This document shows positions 19,468 through 28,949 of a stretch of DNA of 64,000 nucleotides, in pieces. The stretch is from an uncultured Bacilli bacterium (GTDB lineage Bacteria; Bacillota_I; Bacilli_A; RFN20; CAG-826). Below the pieces are notes generated by a model. That model saw nothing but the letters and a program-made list of their open reading frames with translations, was not told the DNA's origin and searched no databases. The stretch spans positions 12,513 to 76,512 of the forward strand of contig CALVXI010000002.1 of the NCBI GenBank assembly GCA_944368975.1. Reading direction: 5' to 3'. Each line of letters begins with the position of its first letter. The first letter of the stretch is position 1. Made by a program: the position numbers and the translations under genes.

Positions 19468-20745
19468 ATGAAGAAAAGAAGAGTATTTTGCGTATTGTCT
19501 ATGTTGGCTTTATTCTCCTTAAATTATAGTTCTCTTTTAAACTATGATTTAGAAACAGATAGCAATATTGAAAAAAGATTGCAGTTAATTAGCAAGAATA
19601 AAAATATTGAAAAATTAATTAAAGAAGAAATTTTTAATTTAACGAATAGTCAATATTATTCCATCGAGTATTTAACTTACGCAAGAGATTTTAACGGAAA
19701 TATATTTGCTGTAGCTAAATTTTTTCCTAAAGGTTTTGTTATTTTAAACTTATCGATAGGCGAGTTTATGGAAATTTCTACTAATTCTGATTTTCCGTAT
19801 GAAATAGATCAAGTAAAATCAAAATATTATGTCCCACTATATGGCTTTTATAATGAAGATGGTTCGTCGAGTTTAACTAATACTTCAAATGCTATTTCTA
19901 GTTCAGATAACAAAGATAGTACATCATTAGCTAATCTAAAGAAAATAAGCAATCAACTATCAATTAATTATCCAAAATTTAGAAATAAGACAAATCTTGA
20001 AAAGATTCAAGGCAAAATACAAATAAATGATTATTACTATGATGATATGCCACAAGAAACCCCTTCTATGACAGTTTTTAGCGGAGTAGATGCACCTAAA
20101 GCTGAAATTGAGATCCCATATTCATGGTTTTTTAGGTTAAATAAAACCCAGTTCCCTGAGAATATTGATGGAAATTGTGGATATGTTGTTATGTCAATGT
20201 TACTTTGGTATGCTGATATGTTTGAAAGTGCTGGATATTTAAGTGCTTATGATTATGAAAATTTCATTACTGTTGGAAATGGAGAATATGGAAAATGCGT
20301 ACCAACATTAAGTGAAGATTTTATCGATCATTATCGGCCTAATTCGGGGAGTTTAGTTCCGGTTGATGCTGGTGATTTGATTGATGAGTTTATGGTAGGC
20401 AAAGAAATAGACTATGATTGTAAAACCACAATTTGGGTTTTTACAAAAGGAATAGATGACATATTGGCTGAAGGAATTCCTGTAGGCTATTTTGGAAATC
20501 TACCTGTAGAGCCTAACAATAATAAAGGTTTTCATGCTATTACTGTTTATGGAAGCTATGGTAATGGAAAGATACTAGCACATTATGGGTGGGATGGATA
20601 TAATCAAGTTATTATTTCTAAAGCAAGTATGTTTGAATTAGGTGGCTACGTCTATATTGAAAATTATGAAACCCATCATCACCGAAAATATATTTCAAAT
20701 GGAAAACATTCTTATTGTGGATGCGGCTTATTAATGGAATGCTAA
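19468..20745 (+). CDS. Secreted papain-fold cysteine peptidase (C10/C39-like) with prodomain and His/Cys-rich tail
   Basis: Signal peptide; GNCGYVVMSMLL (Cys), GFHAITVYG (His), AHYGWDG; C-terminus HHHRKY...YCGCG. Confidence 0.7.
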   Translation: MKKRRVFCVLSMLALFSLNYSSLLNYDLETDSNIEKRLQLISKNKNIEKLIKEEIFNLTNSQYYSIEYLTYARDFNGNIFAVAKFFPKGFVILNLSIGEFMEISTNSDFPYEIDQVKSKYYVPLYGFYNEDGSSSLTNTSNAISSSDNKDSTSLANLKKISNQLSINYPKFRNKTNLEKIQGKIQINDYYYDDMPQETPSMTVFSGVDAPKAEIEIPYSWFFRLNKTQFPENIDGNCGYVVMSMLLWYADMFESAGYLSAYDYENFITVGNGEYGKCVPTLSEDFIDHYRPNSGSLVPVDAGDLIDEFMVGKEIDYDCKTTIWVFTKGIDDILAEGIPVGYFGNLPVEPNNNKGFHAITVYGSYGNGKILAHYGWDGYNQVIISKASMFELGGYVYIENYETHHHRKYISNGKHSYCGCGLLMEC

Positions 20746-20748
20746 TTT

Positions 20749-21753
20749 ATGACAGAAAGAGCGAATCTAACTAATTTTAAAATTAATAAATATCAAAAAT
20801 ATCTATTTAAGATATTTGATGATGATTTGAAATTCATTAAATTTATAGCATACTTAGTTTTTTATGATAAAAAGGTATTTATTGATATTTTAAATCGAAC
20901 TTATGAGTCTATTATCATTAGCGGAAAGCTTAAAGTTAATACTAAAAAAACATTTGTAACTTTATTAAAGGAGCATTTAATTAATGAAAATATTTCTTTA
21001 ATTAATACCAATTTCAAAGATATTAATGAGTTTAACTTAGATGAAAGAATAATTTTAGCTTATAAACTTTATATAAATAAAACCATTAATTATCATGAAG
21101 TATCTAAAATTATTAATGTAAGCAAAAAAGACATTTATAATACTTTGAATAAAGTTAATGGAATAGAAAATATAATAAATGTACCTGATTTAGAGATAAG
21201 AACTAGTGATCTTAATATTAATTTTAATCTTATTAAAAATACTAATTATCTAAAAGTTATTGTTATCTCTGTAATTTTAATAGTAGTTCTTATTATATTA
21301 TTTTTTACTTCTGTATTAATATATACGCAAATGCTTATGCGTTTTCCAAGCGATAGTAGAGATCCGAATAAATTTTATGATGGTGATTATTATGAAGTTA
21401 ATATAAGAACTATTGATAGGAATATTAGTGATATTTTTGAAGAAGAAGTAACAATGCTTATTAATAATGATGGATTAGGATTTATTGTTTCAGAAAAGCA
21501 TAATACTGCAATATATTTTGAAGGCGTAGATTATAGTCGATTTGAACTTCAAGATTATACTGAAGTTGCAGAAAACGACTTTAAGTACGATTGTGATTTT
21601 TATGGTAAAGCGTTAATAAATGGGAGTGAATATTTATTCTATAACGATAGTAAAAGTGGTTATAGAAATGATCTTTCATTTATTTTCGTTGATGAAAATA
21701 TTAATAAAACTATATTAGTTATGGATTTTGTTTATATTAAAAATATTAATTAA
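20749..21753 (+). CDS. Membrane protein: degenerate ECF sigma-like N-terminus, one TM helix, extracellular domain
   Basis: Region-2-like FIAYLVFYDKKVFIDILNRTY; region-4-like NLDERIILAYKLYINKTINYHEVSKIINVSKKDIYNTLNK; hydrophobic helix at about aa 168-193. Confidence 0.5.
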   Translation: MTERANLTNFKINKYQKYLFKIFDDDLKFIKFIAYLVFYDKKVFIDILNRTYESIIISGKLKVNTKKTFVTLLKEHLINENISLINTNFKDINEFNLDERIILAYKLYINKTINYHEVSKIINVSKKDIYNTLNKVNGIENIINVPDLEIRTSDLNINFNLIKNTNYLKVIVISVILIVVLIILFFTSVLIYTQMLMRFPSDSRDPNKFYDGDYYEVNIRTIDRNISDIFEEEVTMLINNDGLGFIVSEKHNTAIYFEGVDYSRFELQDYTEVAENDFKYDCDFYGKALINGSEYLFYNDSKSGYRNDLSFIFVDENINKTILVMDFVYIKNIN

Positions 21754-21943
21754 TTTAACCAAAAATAATAACTATTGATATAAATAACATTTCAAAATTA
21801 TTAGCGAAATTTTTAGTTGAGTTCTGCTAGGAATTTCTAATAAAAAATTAACCTATATATCAAAGTAAGTAAATTTTCTATTGATTAAAAATTGTATTTT
21901 TGAAGATGAGACAAAAATAAGATGTTTTAAAGAGTGAAACTTT

Positions 21944-22002
21944 AAAGAAGTGATGGTTCTTATTTCATTCCAATTAATGCTTTAAAGAATTGGATTATTT
22001 TA
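21944..22002 (+). repeat. 59-bp direct repeat, copy 2
   Basis: AAAGAAGTGATGGTTCTTATTTCATTCCAATTAATGCTTTAAAGAATTGGATTATTTTA versus 17926-17984. Confidence 0.85.
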
Positions 22003-22172
22003 CTAGAAAATTATTTTTATAGGATTGCATAAAAAATCATTAGTAAGATAAATACTACAAAATTTAAAAATTTTTGAACATATTTATAATTTGAAATAGA
22101 CAAATAATTTTATAAAAAAAATAAGAATAAATTTTCTTTATTTTATTTAGAGTAATAGATCTAAATAAATAG

Positions 22173-22784
22173 TTATTTTCTAATTTTAATTTTATCTTTA
22201 ATAATAGAACCTAAAATTAAGGCAACTTGAATTGGAATCATTAAGATAAATAAAGGCCAAACATTATATTCAATAAATTGGATATAACATGCAGCTACTA
22301 AGGTCCAAAAGAATAAACTCCTAACAACAAAATTATATATTTTAAGTTTCCAAACCTTTTGAAAAAACATCATTACTAAGCATGTAATTGGAAGTGCCCA
22401 AATAAAAATTTGATAGAAGTTAAATTCAGAGAATATTAATAAATAAATATAAATAATTGAAGCTAAAATCCAAACAAAAGAACAAGCTAAAAGTTCAATT
22501 GCAGCATTATTTATAATGATACCTTTATTTAAGTTTTTAACATATTCTTTATTATCTTTAAAGGCATCTTTAGTAAGTAAAATATCAATAGAAATGTTAT
22601 AAAATTCGCATAATTCACTTAAAGTTATAATATCGGGTAAGGTATCACCTTTTCCCCATTTACTAATAGCTTTATCACTATAACCGAACTTTAAAGCTAG
22701 TTCACTTTGAGTTAATTTATGTTTTTTCCTTAGATTTGCAAGGTTTTCAGCAATAATTGCTCTTTTTTCTTGTTCATTTTCCAT
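22173..22784 (-). CDS. XRE-family HTH regulator with a C-terminal 4-TM membrane domain
   Basis: IAENLANLRKKHKLTQSELA...SDKAISKWGKGDTLPDI; hydrophobic C-terminal half. Confidence 0.88.
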   Translation of the reverse strand: MENEQEKRAIIAENLANLRKKHKLTQSELALKFGYSDKAISKWGKGDTLPDIITLSELCEFYNISIDILLTKDAFKDNKEYVKNLNKGIIINNAAIELLACSFVWILASIIYIYLLIFSEFNFYQIFIWALPITCLVMMFFQKVWKLKIYNFVVRSLFFWTLVAACYIQFIEYNVWPLFILMIPIQVALILGSIIKDKIKIRK

Positions 22785-22806
22785 GTGTATATTCTAAATT
22801 ATTTTA

Positions 22807-22867
22807 AATAGAATTGCAATTCTCTTAAAAATAGAGTTCTAGAAAACACTCTATTATTAATTCTATT
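22807..22867. promoter_or_regulatory. Candidate operator array in the divergent promoter region
   Basis: Perfect palindrome AGAATTGCAATTCT (22810-22823); inverted AATAGAGT...ACTCTATT (22830-22855); further ATTCTATT at 22860. Confidence 0.5.
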
Positions 22868-22932
22868 ATCTTATCGTGTAAAAGAATGATTATTAATTTA
22901 TCATTTTTGCGTTTAATAGGGTAATTTTAGTT

Positions 22933-23829
22933 ATGGAAGAAAATTTAAAAAAGAAGAAAAGAAATAACATTATTATCACAAGCTTAGGTGTAATAGCTTC
23001 TATTGCAATTGGTGGAATAGGTGGATATTTTATTGCAATTGAATTATCACCAAAAGGTTTTGATTATTCAAAATTGAATCAAAATGAATATGAAGATGAT
23101 GTTGTTTCTATTTATAATAATTATCTTTCTAATCCTTTAGATCCATTAAGCTATTCACCAAATGATTTAGTTAATATTGCTCTTTATAAGTATTCGTTAG
23201 AAACTTATACCGAAAGTGATGTTAATGCTAGTGCAGTATCTTTAGGTGTAACCCAAAAGACTTTTGGAAAATCCATTAAAAATAATAACCAATTTTTTAA
23301 TGAAAGTATTTCTCAATCAAGTTTTGTTAAAGTTGCAAAAAGATTTTATGAAGATGAAGACACTGTATCAATTTATAATGGTGAAATAAATAATGATAAT
23401 GAAGGTGTTAGTGGTAATTATAAAGAGAAAAATGATTATACAATTGATGAATATATTGATACATGGGGTAAAGATCTTTCTAGACCAGTGATTTATAACA
23501 TTTCTAGTAAAACTACTTTAGATACTTCATTTATTAATAAAACTGATAATGGATATTTAGTTAGTCTTGATTTAGATCCTATAACAAGTGTAATTCGTTA
23601 TGTTAAACAAATGGTACAAATGTCTAGTTTAGATACTGCACCTCAATTTGAAAATGTTCATATCGAATTTAATCTTGATAATGAATTAAATCTAGTCGAA
23701 ATGAATGTTCAAGAATCATATTACGTTTGGGTTGTTGGCAAGAATTTTACTGAAGCAACATTAAACGAAAAATTTTATATATTAGAAGAAACTAATATTC
23801 CTGAATTTAATGAAAAAATATATTATTAG
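22933..23829 (+). CDS. Membrane-anchored beta-rich extracellular hypothetical protein
   Basis: Basic N-terminus plus one TM helix, then an alternating beta-strand pattern. Confidence 0.75.
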   Translation: MEENLKKKKRNNIIITSLGVIASIAIGGIGGYFIAIELSPKGFDYSKLNQNEYEDDVVSIYNNYLSNPLDPLSYSPNDLVNIALYKYSLETYTESDVNASAVSLGVTQKTFGKSIKNNNQFFNESISQSSFVKVAKRFYEDEDTVSIYNGEINNDNEGVSGNYKEKNDYTIDEYIDTWGKDLSRPVIYNISSKTTLDTSFINKTDNGYLVSLDLDPITSVIRYVKQMVQMSSLDTAPQFENVHIEFNLDNELNLVEMNVQESYYVWVVGKNFTEATLNEKFYILEETNIPEFNEKIYY

Positions 23830-23840
23830 GAGAATTTAAA

Positions 23841-26696
23841 ATGAAACCTCTATTTAAAAAATTAATTATTTGGTCATCAACTCTTACTTTAAGTTGTATC
23901 ACAGCTTTTGTAAGTTTTTATGATTTTAGTAGTAATAATACTAATCATGAAGATAATAACAATAACAACAATAATAATGGAAATAATAATGATCCAGTCT
24001 TAACTCCACAACAAAAATTTCTTAATAGTTTAGTTAGTTTAGATGAAGCTAAAATTAATGGAAATATCTCCGTTACAAGTACTAACAATAATCTTATTAA
24101 TGTTGGATTAAATGGTGATTTAATTTTAGACATTGATGAAGTTAGTAATACTAAGTTTAGTGGTGATGTTACTATTAGTTATAATGATATAAGTGCTAAT
24201 GGATCTTTAAGTTATATTAATAACAAAGTTTATTTTGATTATAACGATTCTAAGATGTATTTAGAGACTGATTCAATCTTAGATTTTGTTAATATGATTC
24301 CAAATTATGGAATTGATATATCTTTACCTAGTGAAATAACTAATATTGATTTAAATAATATTATGAATCAATTACAAACTATGGAACCTGAAAGTGCTCC
24401 TAATGGTTATTTCTTTAGATTATATTTAACTAGTGATATCGAATTATGTTTTAAAAGTGATACTAATTATAATTTTGTTGGGGTAAGAACTAATAAATTT
24501 TATTTTGAAGATAACTATATTTATTTAGATTTTGATGTTGATCAAGATTTAGAAGAAAGCTTAGTTATAAATGAACCTGATGTAGAATTATATCAAGATT
24601 TTTCACCAGCTTTTGATTTAGTAAATGTTTTATATAATACATTTAATAAGAAAGAAAATACTTTAAATTTAAAGGTTGATATTTCAAATTTAAATAATCC
24701 TTATTTAAATTTAGATGCTGATATTTCTTATGATACATCATTAAATAAAGTTAGTTTATTAGGTAATGTAAATGAAATAAATTATAGTCGTAATCATGAT
24801 TTTATTTTAGGAGTAAGTGATGATAATTTATTTGTTAATTATAATAATTTAAAAGTTAGTATTGAAAATCAAAGTATTAATGCTGTTATTTCTTATTTAA
24901 TGAATAAAGTAGGTGATACGATATTAAATGAAGCTTTAGGAAGTTTAGATGGCTTATTAACTAATAGTGATTTAAATGATATTTTAAATAATTTAAGTAA
25001 TGTTAATAATTTAATTAGTAGTATAAATGTTACTAATAATGAATTATCAGTAACAATTAATTTAGAATTCTTAGGAATTGATGCTAAAGAATTAGTACTT
25101 AGTTTTAATTTTGATAGTCAAGTTTTTAAAGTCTTATCTTTAAAAGGTTTAAATATAAATGGATATCAAATTGATATAAGCTTAAATACAAAAGAATATA
25201 ATTTAATTAATTTTAATAAAGAAGAATATGTAGCTATTGATCCTAGTTTATGTTTAATTACAGCTATTGATAGTTTATCAAAAGAAAATACTTTTAGAAT
25301 TGAATTAGATGGTAATGTAAGTGAAACAATTAAGATTAATGGTGGTCTCCAATTTGACTTACTTAATGAATTTGGCTATGGAGAACTCGATTTAGTTGAT
25401 GGAAGTAATTTAAATCATAATATTAAATTAGATTTAAGAAGTTATAGTGAAATTTTATTTAGTTATAACACTAACTTAAAAGGAAGATTTACAAGTAATT
25501 TCTTTACTGATGCTATTGGTATGGTAAATGAAATTTTAAATAATAAAGATGATCATTTTTATGAAATATTTGGTGATTTACTTAATGGATTCTCATCTCT
25601 TCCTATTTTAGATGCTATAAATAATGAAGATTATGGAATGTTATTTGAAATAGGTTTAATTGATGGAATTGAAGTAACGGATAATTATCTTAGATTAAAT
25701 ATTAAAGAAGGACTTATTGGAATTGATTCAAGCTTTATTTTAGAAATAGGTTATGACCGTTATGAAGAAGACTATACAAGTATTTTAAAATATTTAAAAG
25801 TAACAGATTTTGTTTATGGAAGTGAAAATATTGATTTTACTTTAAATTTAAAGAAATTTAATCAAAGTTTAGATAGTGAACGTCTTGATCCAAAAGATTA
25901 TTATATTGAATTTGATTCATTAACTGTTTTACTTAGACTTGGAATTAATACTTCAATTTATAATTATTATCATTTTAATGGTAATATTGTTATGAGTTTA
26001 TTTGGAATATTTGATGCCTTTAAAGTTCCTATTGATTTAAAGGTTGCTAATAATAAAGGTGATGTAAGTGTCGAAGCTACTTTAGGTATTCCTTATTTCC
26101 CATTTGTTACATCTGGTGGTAATAGTATTGTTTTCTATAATCGTGTAAGTAAAATTTATTTCCATGATAATTTATTATATATTTACCGAAGTGAATATTC
26201 AGATATTTTCCATACAAAAACATATGAAATTTACACTAAGATTACTCCTGAAGAATTTTTAAATAACCCAGTTTATTATATGTGTGATGTTCTTATTGGA
26301 TTTAGTGATACTGTTTTAAATTCGATTAATAATAGTGCAGGCGATAGTGGAAGTGATTCAACTGACTCAACAATTCATTTTGAAAATATTTTAACGGATT
26401 TCTCATATGAAGAAGGTAGTGAAAAAACATACTTTGACTTTAAAATTAATATGAGTGAAATTCTTAAAAATGATATGTTACAAAATACTTCTTTAAAAGT
26501 TTTTGTAAATAAAGAAAAAGAAGAACTTAATGCAATTGAATTAGATGTTGTCTTGTTTAGTGTCCTTCATGCTAATATGCATATAGATTTAGTTGATCTA
26601 AATGAAGCTTATGAAGGAATGGATTTAACTAATTTACTTAATTATGTTAATGCTCATAGCAATGATGTAATTAATCAAGTATATGAGAAAAAATAA
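23841..26696 (+). CDS. Large membrane-anchored or secreted protein with about four internal beta-rich modules
   Basis: N-terminal signal/TM, poly-Asn linker, repeated ~220-240-aa units; RBS AGGAG. Confidence 0.75.
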   Translation: MKPLFKKLIIWSSTLTLSCITAFVSFYDFSSNNTNHEDNNNNNNNNGNNNDPVLTPQQKFLNSLVSLDEAKINGNISVTSTNNNLINVGLNGDLILDIDEVSNTKFSGDVTISYNDISANGSLSYINNKVYFDYNDSKMYLETDSILDFVNMIPNYGIDISLPSEITNIDLNNIMNQLQTMEPESAPNGYFFRLYLTSDIELCFKSDTNYNFVGVRTNKFYFEDNYIYLDFDVDQDLEESLVINEPDVELYQDFSPAFDLVNVLYNTFNKKENTLNLKVDISNLNNPYLNLDADISYDTSLNKVSLLGNVNEINYSRNHDFILGVSDDNLFVNYNNLKVSIENQSINAVISYLMNKVGDTILNEALGSLDGLLTNSDLNDILNNLSNVNNLISSINVTNNELSVTINLEFLGIDAKELVLSFNFDSQVFKVLSLKGLNINGYQIDISLNTKEYNLINFNKEEYVAIDPSLCLITAIDSLSKENTFRIELDGNVSETIKINGGLQFDLLNEFGYGELDLVDGSNLNHNIKLDLRSYSEILFSYNTNLKGRFTSNFFTDAIGMVNEILNNKDDHFYEIFGDLLNGFSSLPILDAINNEDYGMLFEIGLIDGIEVTDNYLRLNIKEGLIGIDSSFILEIGYDRYEEDYTSILKYLKVTDFVYGSENIDFTLNLKKFNQSLDSERLDPKDYYIEFDSLTVLLRLGINTSIYNYYHFNGNIVMSLFGIFDAFKVPIDLKVANNKGDVSVEATLGIPYFPFVTSGGNSIVFYNRVSKIYFHDNLLYIYRSEYSDIFHTKTYEIYTKITPEEFLNNPVYYMCDVLIGFSDTVLNSINNSAGDSGSDSTDSTIHFENILTDFSYEEGSEKTYFDFKINMSEILKNDMLQNTSLKVFVNKEKEELNAIELDVVLFSVLHANMHIDLVDLNEAYEGMDLTNLLNYVNAHSNDVINQVYEKK

Positions 26697-26724
26697 AAAT
26701 AATTGAGTTTTAGAAGGTTTTTAA

Positions 26725-26759
26725 GTAATTTTAGATAGTTATCATCTATCTAAAATTAC
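26725..26759 (+). terminator. Stem-loop, probable terminator
   Basis: GTAATTTTAGATAG-N7-CTATCTAAAATTAC. Confidence 0.65.
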
Positions 26760-26810
26760 AAGAAAATAAATTTAACTAGTAATTAAATTTAATAAAGCTA
26801 TTATAAATAT

Positions 26811-27590
26811 ATGAATATTAATTTATTAAGTGAGTTAACTCAAATTACTCCAACTAGAAATTTAAATTTACTTTATATTATTTTAGATTCGATATTTTTA
26901 GTTATTTTATTAGGTTTATTAGTTTATAAAAAAAGATATTTAACAACCTTATTCGGTTTATTTGGTGGAATCATTTATACCATAGTTGACTTTTGTGGAT
27001 TTTATTTATTAGCTCATTCAAGAGTTATTTATATTAATGGTGAAATAGCTTCAAGTTTAAATACATTTTGGGTTTTATTTTGGATGAGTATGTCTTATGG
27101 ATTTACTAATTTCGCCTTTATATGGCTATGTTTAAGTAAAGATAAATATTTAAAGTTATGGTTAGTAATGATAGTTATGTGGTGGTTAATTGCTCCTTCA
27201 ATAAGTAAACTTGGTGGAGAAGCTACTATTCAAACAATGCGTACGACTAACGAATATCATGCTTATATGGGAATAGTTTTAATAATTTCTTATTTAGCAT
27301 TAATTATTTTAATGCTTATTAAAAAGAAACAATTTGTAAATATTTTAATATTAAATCTTATTGGAATAAGTGTGCAATTTGGTTGGGAATTTAGTTTACT
27401 TGTTAATGGAATCAGACCTTTAAATGAGTTATCTATTCAAACTTTATTAGTAAATTCATTAATGGAAACTAATTTAGGAATGCCTTTAATTTTATTAATT
27501 TTCTATTATGTCCATAAATATTTAAATGAAGATTTATCTCGAGTTAATGAAGATCATCCTATGGAATTAGGAATTATTAAATTAAACTAA
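26811..27590 (+). CDS. Multi-pass membrane hypothetical protein
   Basis: About 7 hydrophobic segments; WMSMSYGFTNF and ETNLGMP look like conserved motifs. Confidence 0.75.
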   Translation: MNINLLSELTQITPTRNLNLLYIILDSIFLVILLGLLVYKKRYLTTLFGLFGGIIYTIVDFCGFYLLAHSRVIYINGEIASSLNTFWVLFWMSMSYGFTNFAFIWLCLSKDKYLKLWLVMIVMWWLIAPSISKLGGEATIQTMRTTNEYHAYMGIVLIISYLALIILMLIKKKQFVNILILNLIGISVQFGWEFSLLVNGIRPLNELSIQTLLVNSLMETNLGMPLILLIFYYVHKYLNEDLSRVNEDHPMELGIIKLN

Positions 27591-27604
27591 AAAGTTTTTA
27601 AATC

Positions 27605-28888
27605 TTAGTTATTTTTTATATTTTCGTTATTATTTATATTATTTTGTATTAATTTTTTTGTGATAAATTTATTCAAATATTTTATTAATAAATAACTTAA
27701 ATAACTCCAAATAAATATTTGAATTATTAAAGTAAATAAATTATATGAATCAAATCTTGTTTGGTTCATATATGAAACAATTAAAGTAATTAAAGAAGCT
27801 ATGACTAAGATAACAAATAAGATCATTAATATAATTTTTATTTTATATTCTTTTTTATTATCTTTATTAACTAATAAAGAATTCTTATTTATTAAATATT
27901 TAGCAATTAATTTATAAATGAATTTAATGATTTTATAAGTAATAAAATATAAAAAGAAAAATAGCATTAATAAAACTATATAATGCCATAAAACATTTGA
28001 GTCATACTTAATAATAAAATAAATTAAAATTCCTAAATATGAAATATATAAAATACTTTCAATTATTGATAATAATAAAAATAATTTTGGATATTTAATA
28101 TCTTTTATAAAGAGATTATTATTTTTATTATTATCAATATTATGTTCTTTTCTTTTAAGAAAACTTGTTAATTTTTTATCTAAAAATCTTGCAAATCTAA
28201 AAACAAAATAAACACCAATAATGATAACACTAATACAAAGAATATATTCGTAAGGAGTAGTAAATGATTTATATGGAATTAATTCTAAGCCAAAGACAAT
28301 TGTTGCAACCCCAATTCCTCTACATAAACAAATAATTAATAAATGATACCAAAAATTTATTTTACTTATCCCAGCTATACAACAAAGTAAGTCATCTGGG
28401 AATAAAGGAAATAAATACATACAAGGTAAATAAATAACCCCTTTTTCTTTTAAGATTTTTTCTCCTTTATTAAAATCTTCTTCTCCAAACATCTTTTTAA
28501 CAATTTTAGCGCCACCAAATCGACCAATTAAGTCCATTAAAACACTACTAGCAATAACTCCTAAATATAAAACTATAAAACTTTTATAATTAGTGCCAAA
28601 TAAAACAACTGCTAAAGCAATAAAAGTAGTAGTTCCTCCTGGAGCAAAGCAAAGTAAAATAGTTAATATTACTTGAAAGAAGAAAAATATAACATATCCA
28701 TACCAATGATTTTTAAGTGATTCAAATAAACTAACATTAAATTGAAGACCATTATTTAATGTAATGACATTAAAAGCACATAAAATACCAAAAACAATTA
28801 AACTACAAACAATACATATCACTAATAGTAATAAAATTTGTTTGATTTGCTTTTTGTATTTAATAAAAAAAGATTTTATCGCACTCAT
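27605..28888 (-). CDS. DedA/VTT (TVP38/TMEM64) family membrane protein with additional C-terminal TM helices
   Basis: QVILTILLCFAPGG, LIGRFGG, LFPLFPDDLLCCIAG; ATG 28888 sits 7 nt after an extended -10. Confidence 0.8.
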   Translation of the reverse strand: MSAIKSFFIKYKKQIKQILLLLVICIVCSLIVFGILCAFNVITLNNGLQFNVSLFESLKNHWYGYVIFFFFQVILTILLCFAPGGTTTFIALAVVLFGTNYKSFIVLYLGVIASSVLMDLIGRFGGAKIVKKMFGEEDFNKGEKILKEKGVIYLPCMYLFPLFPDDLLCCIAGISKINFWYHLLIICLCRGIGVATIVFGLELIPYKSFTTPYEYILCISVIIIGVYFVFRFARFLDKKLTSFLKRKEHNIDNNKNNNLFIKDIKYPKLFLLLSIIESILYISYLGILIYFIIKYDSNVLWHYIVLLMLFFFLYFITYKIIKFIYKLIAKYLINKNSLLVNKDNKKEYKIKIILMILFVILVIASLITLIVSYMNQTRFDSYNLFTLIIQIFIWSYLSYLLIKYLNKFITKKLIQNNINNNENIKNN

Positions 28889-28949
28889 CGAAATAATTTT
28901 AACATACAAATAAATTTTATTTTATCAAAATTAATACTATAATTAATTT

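Noticed and set aside
23930-23995. AAT/AAC tract as a phase-variable repeat
   Set aside because: In-frame, mixed-codon poly-Asn linker; length change would not shift the frame
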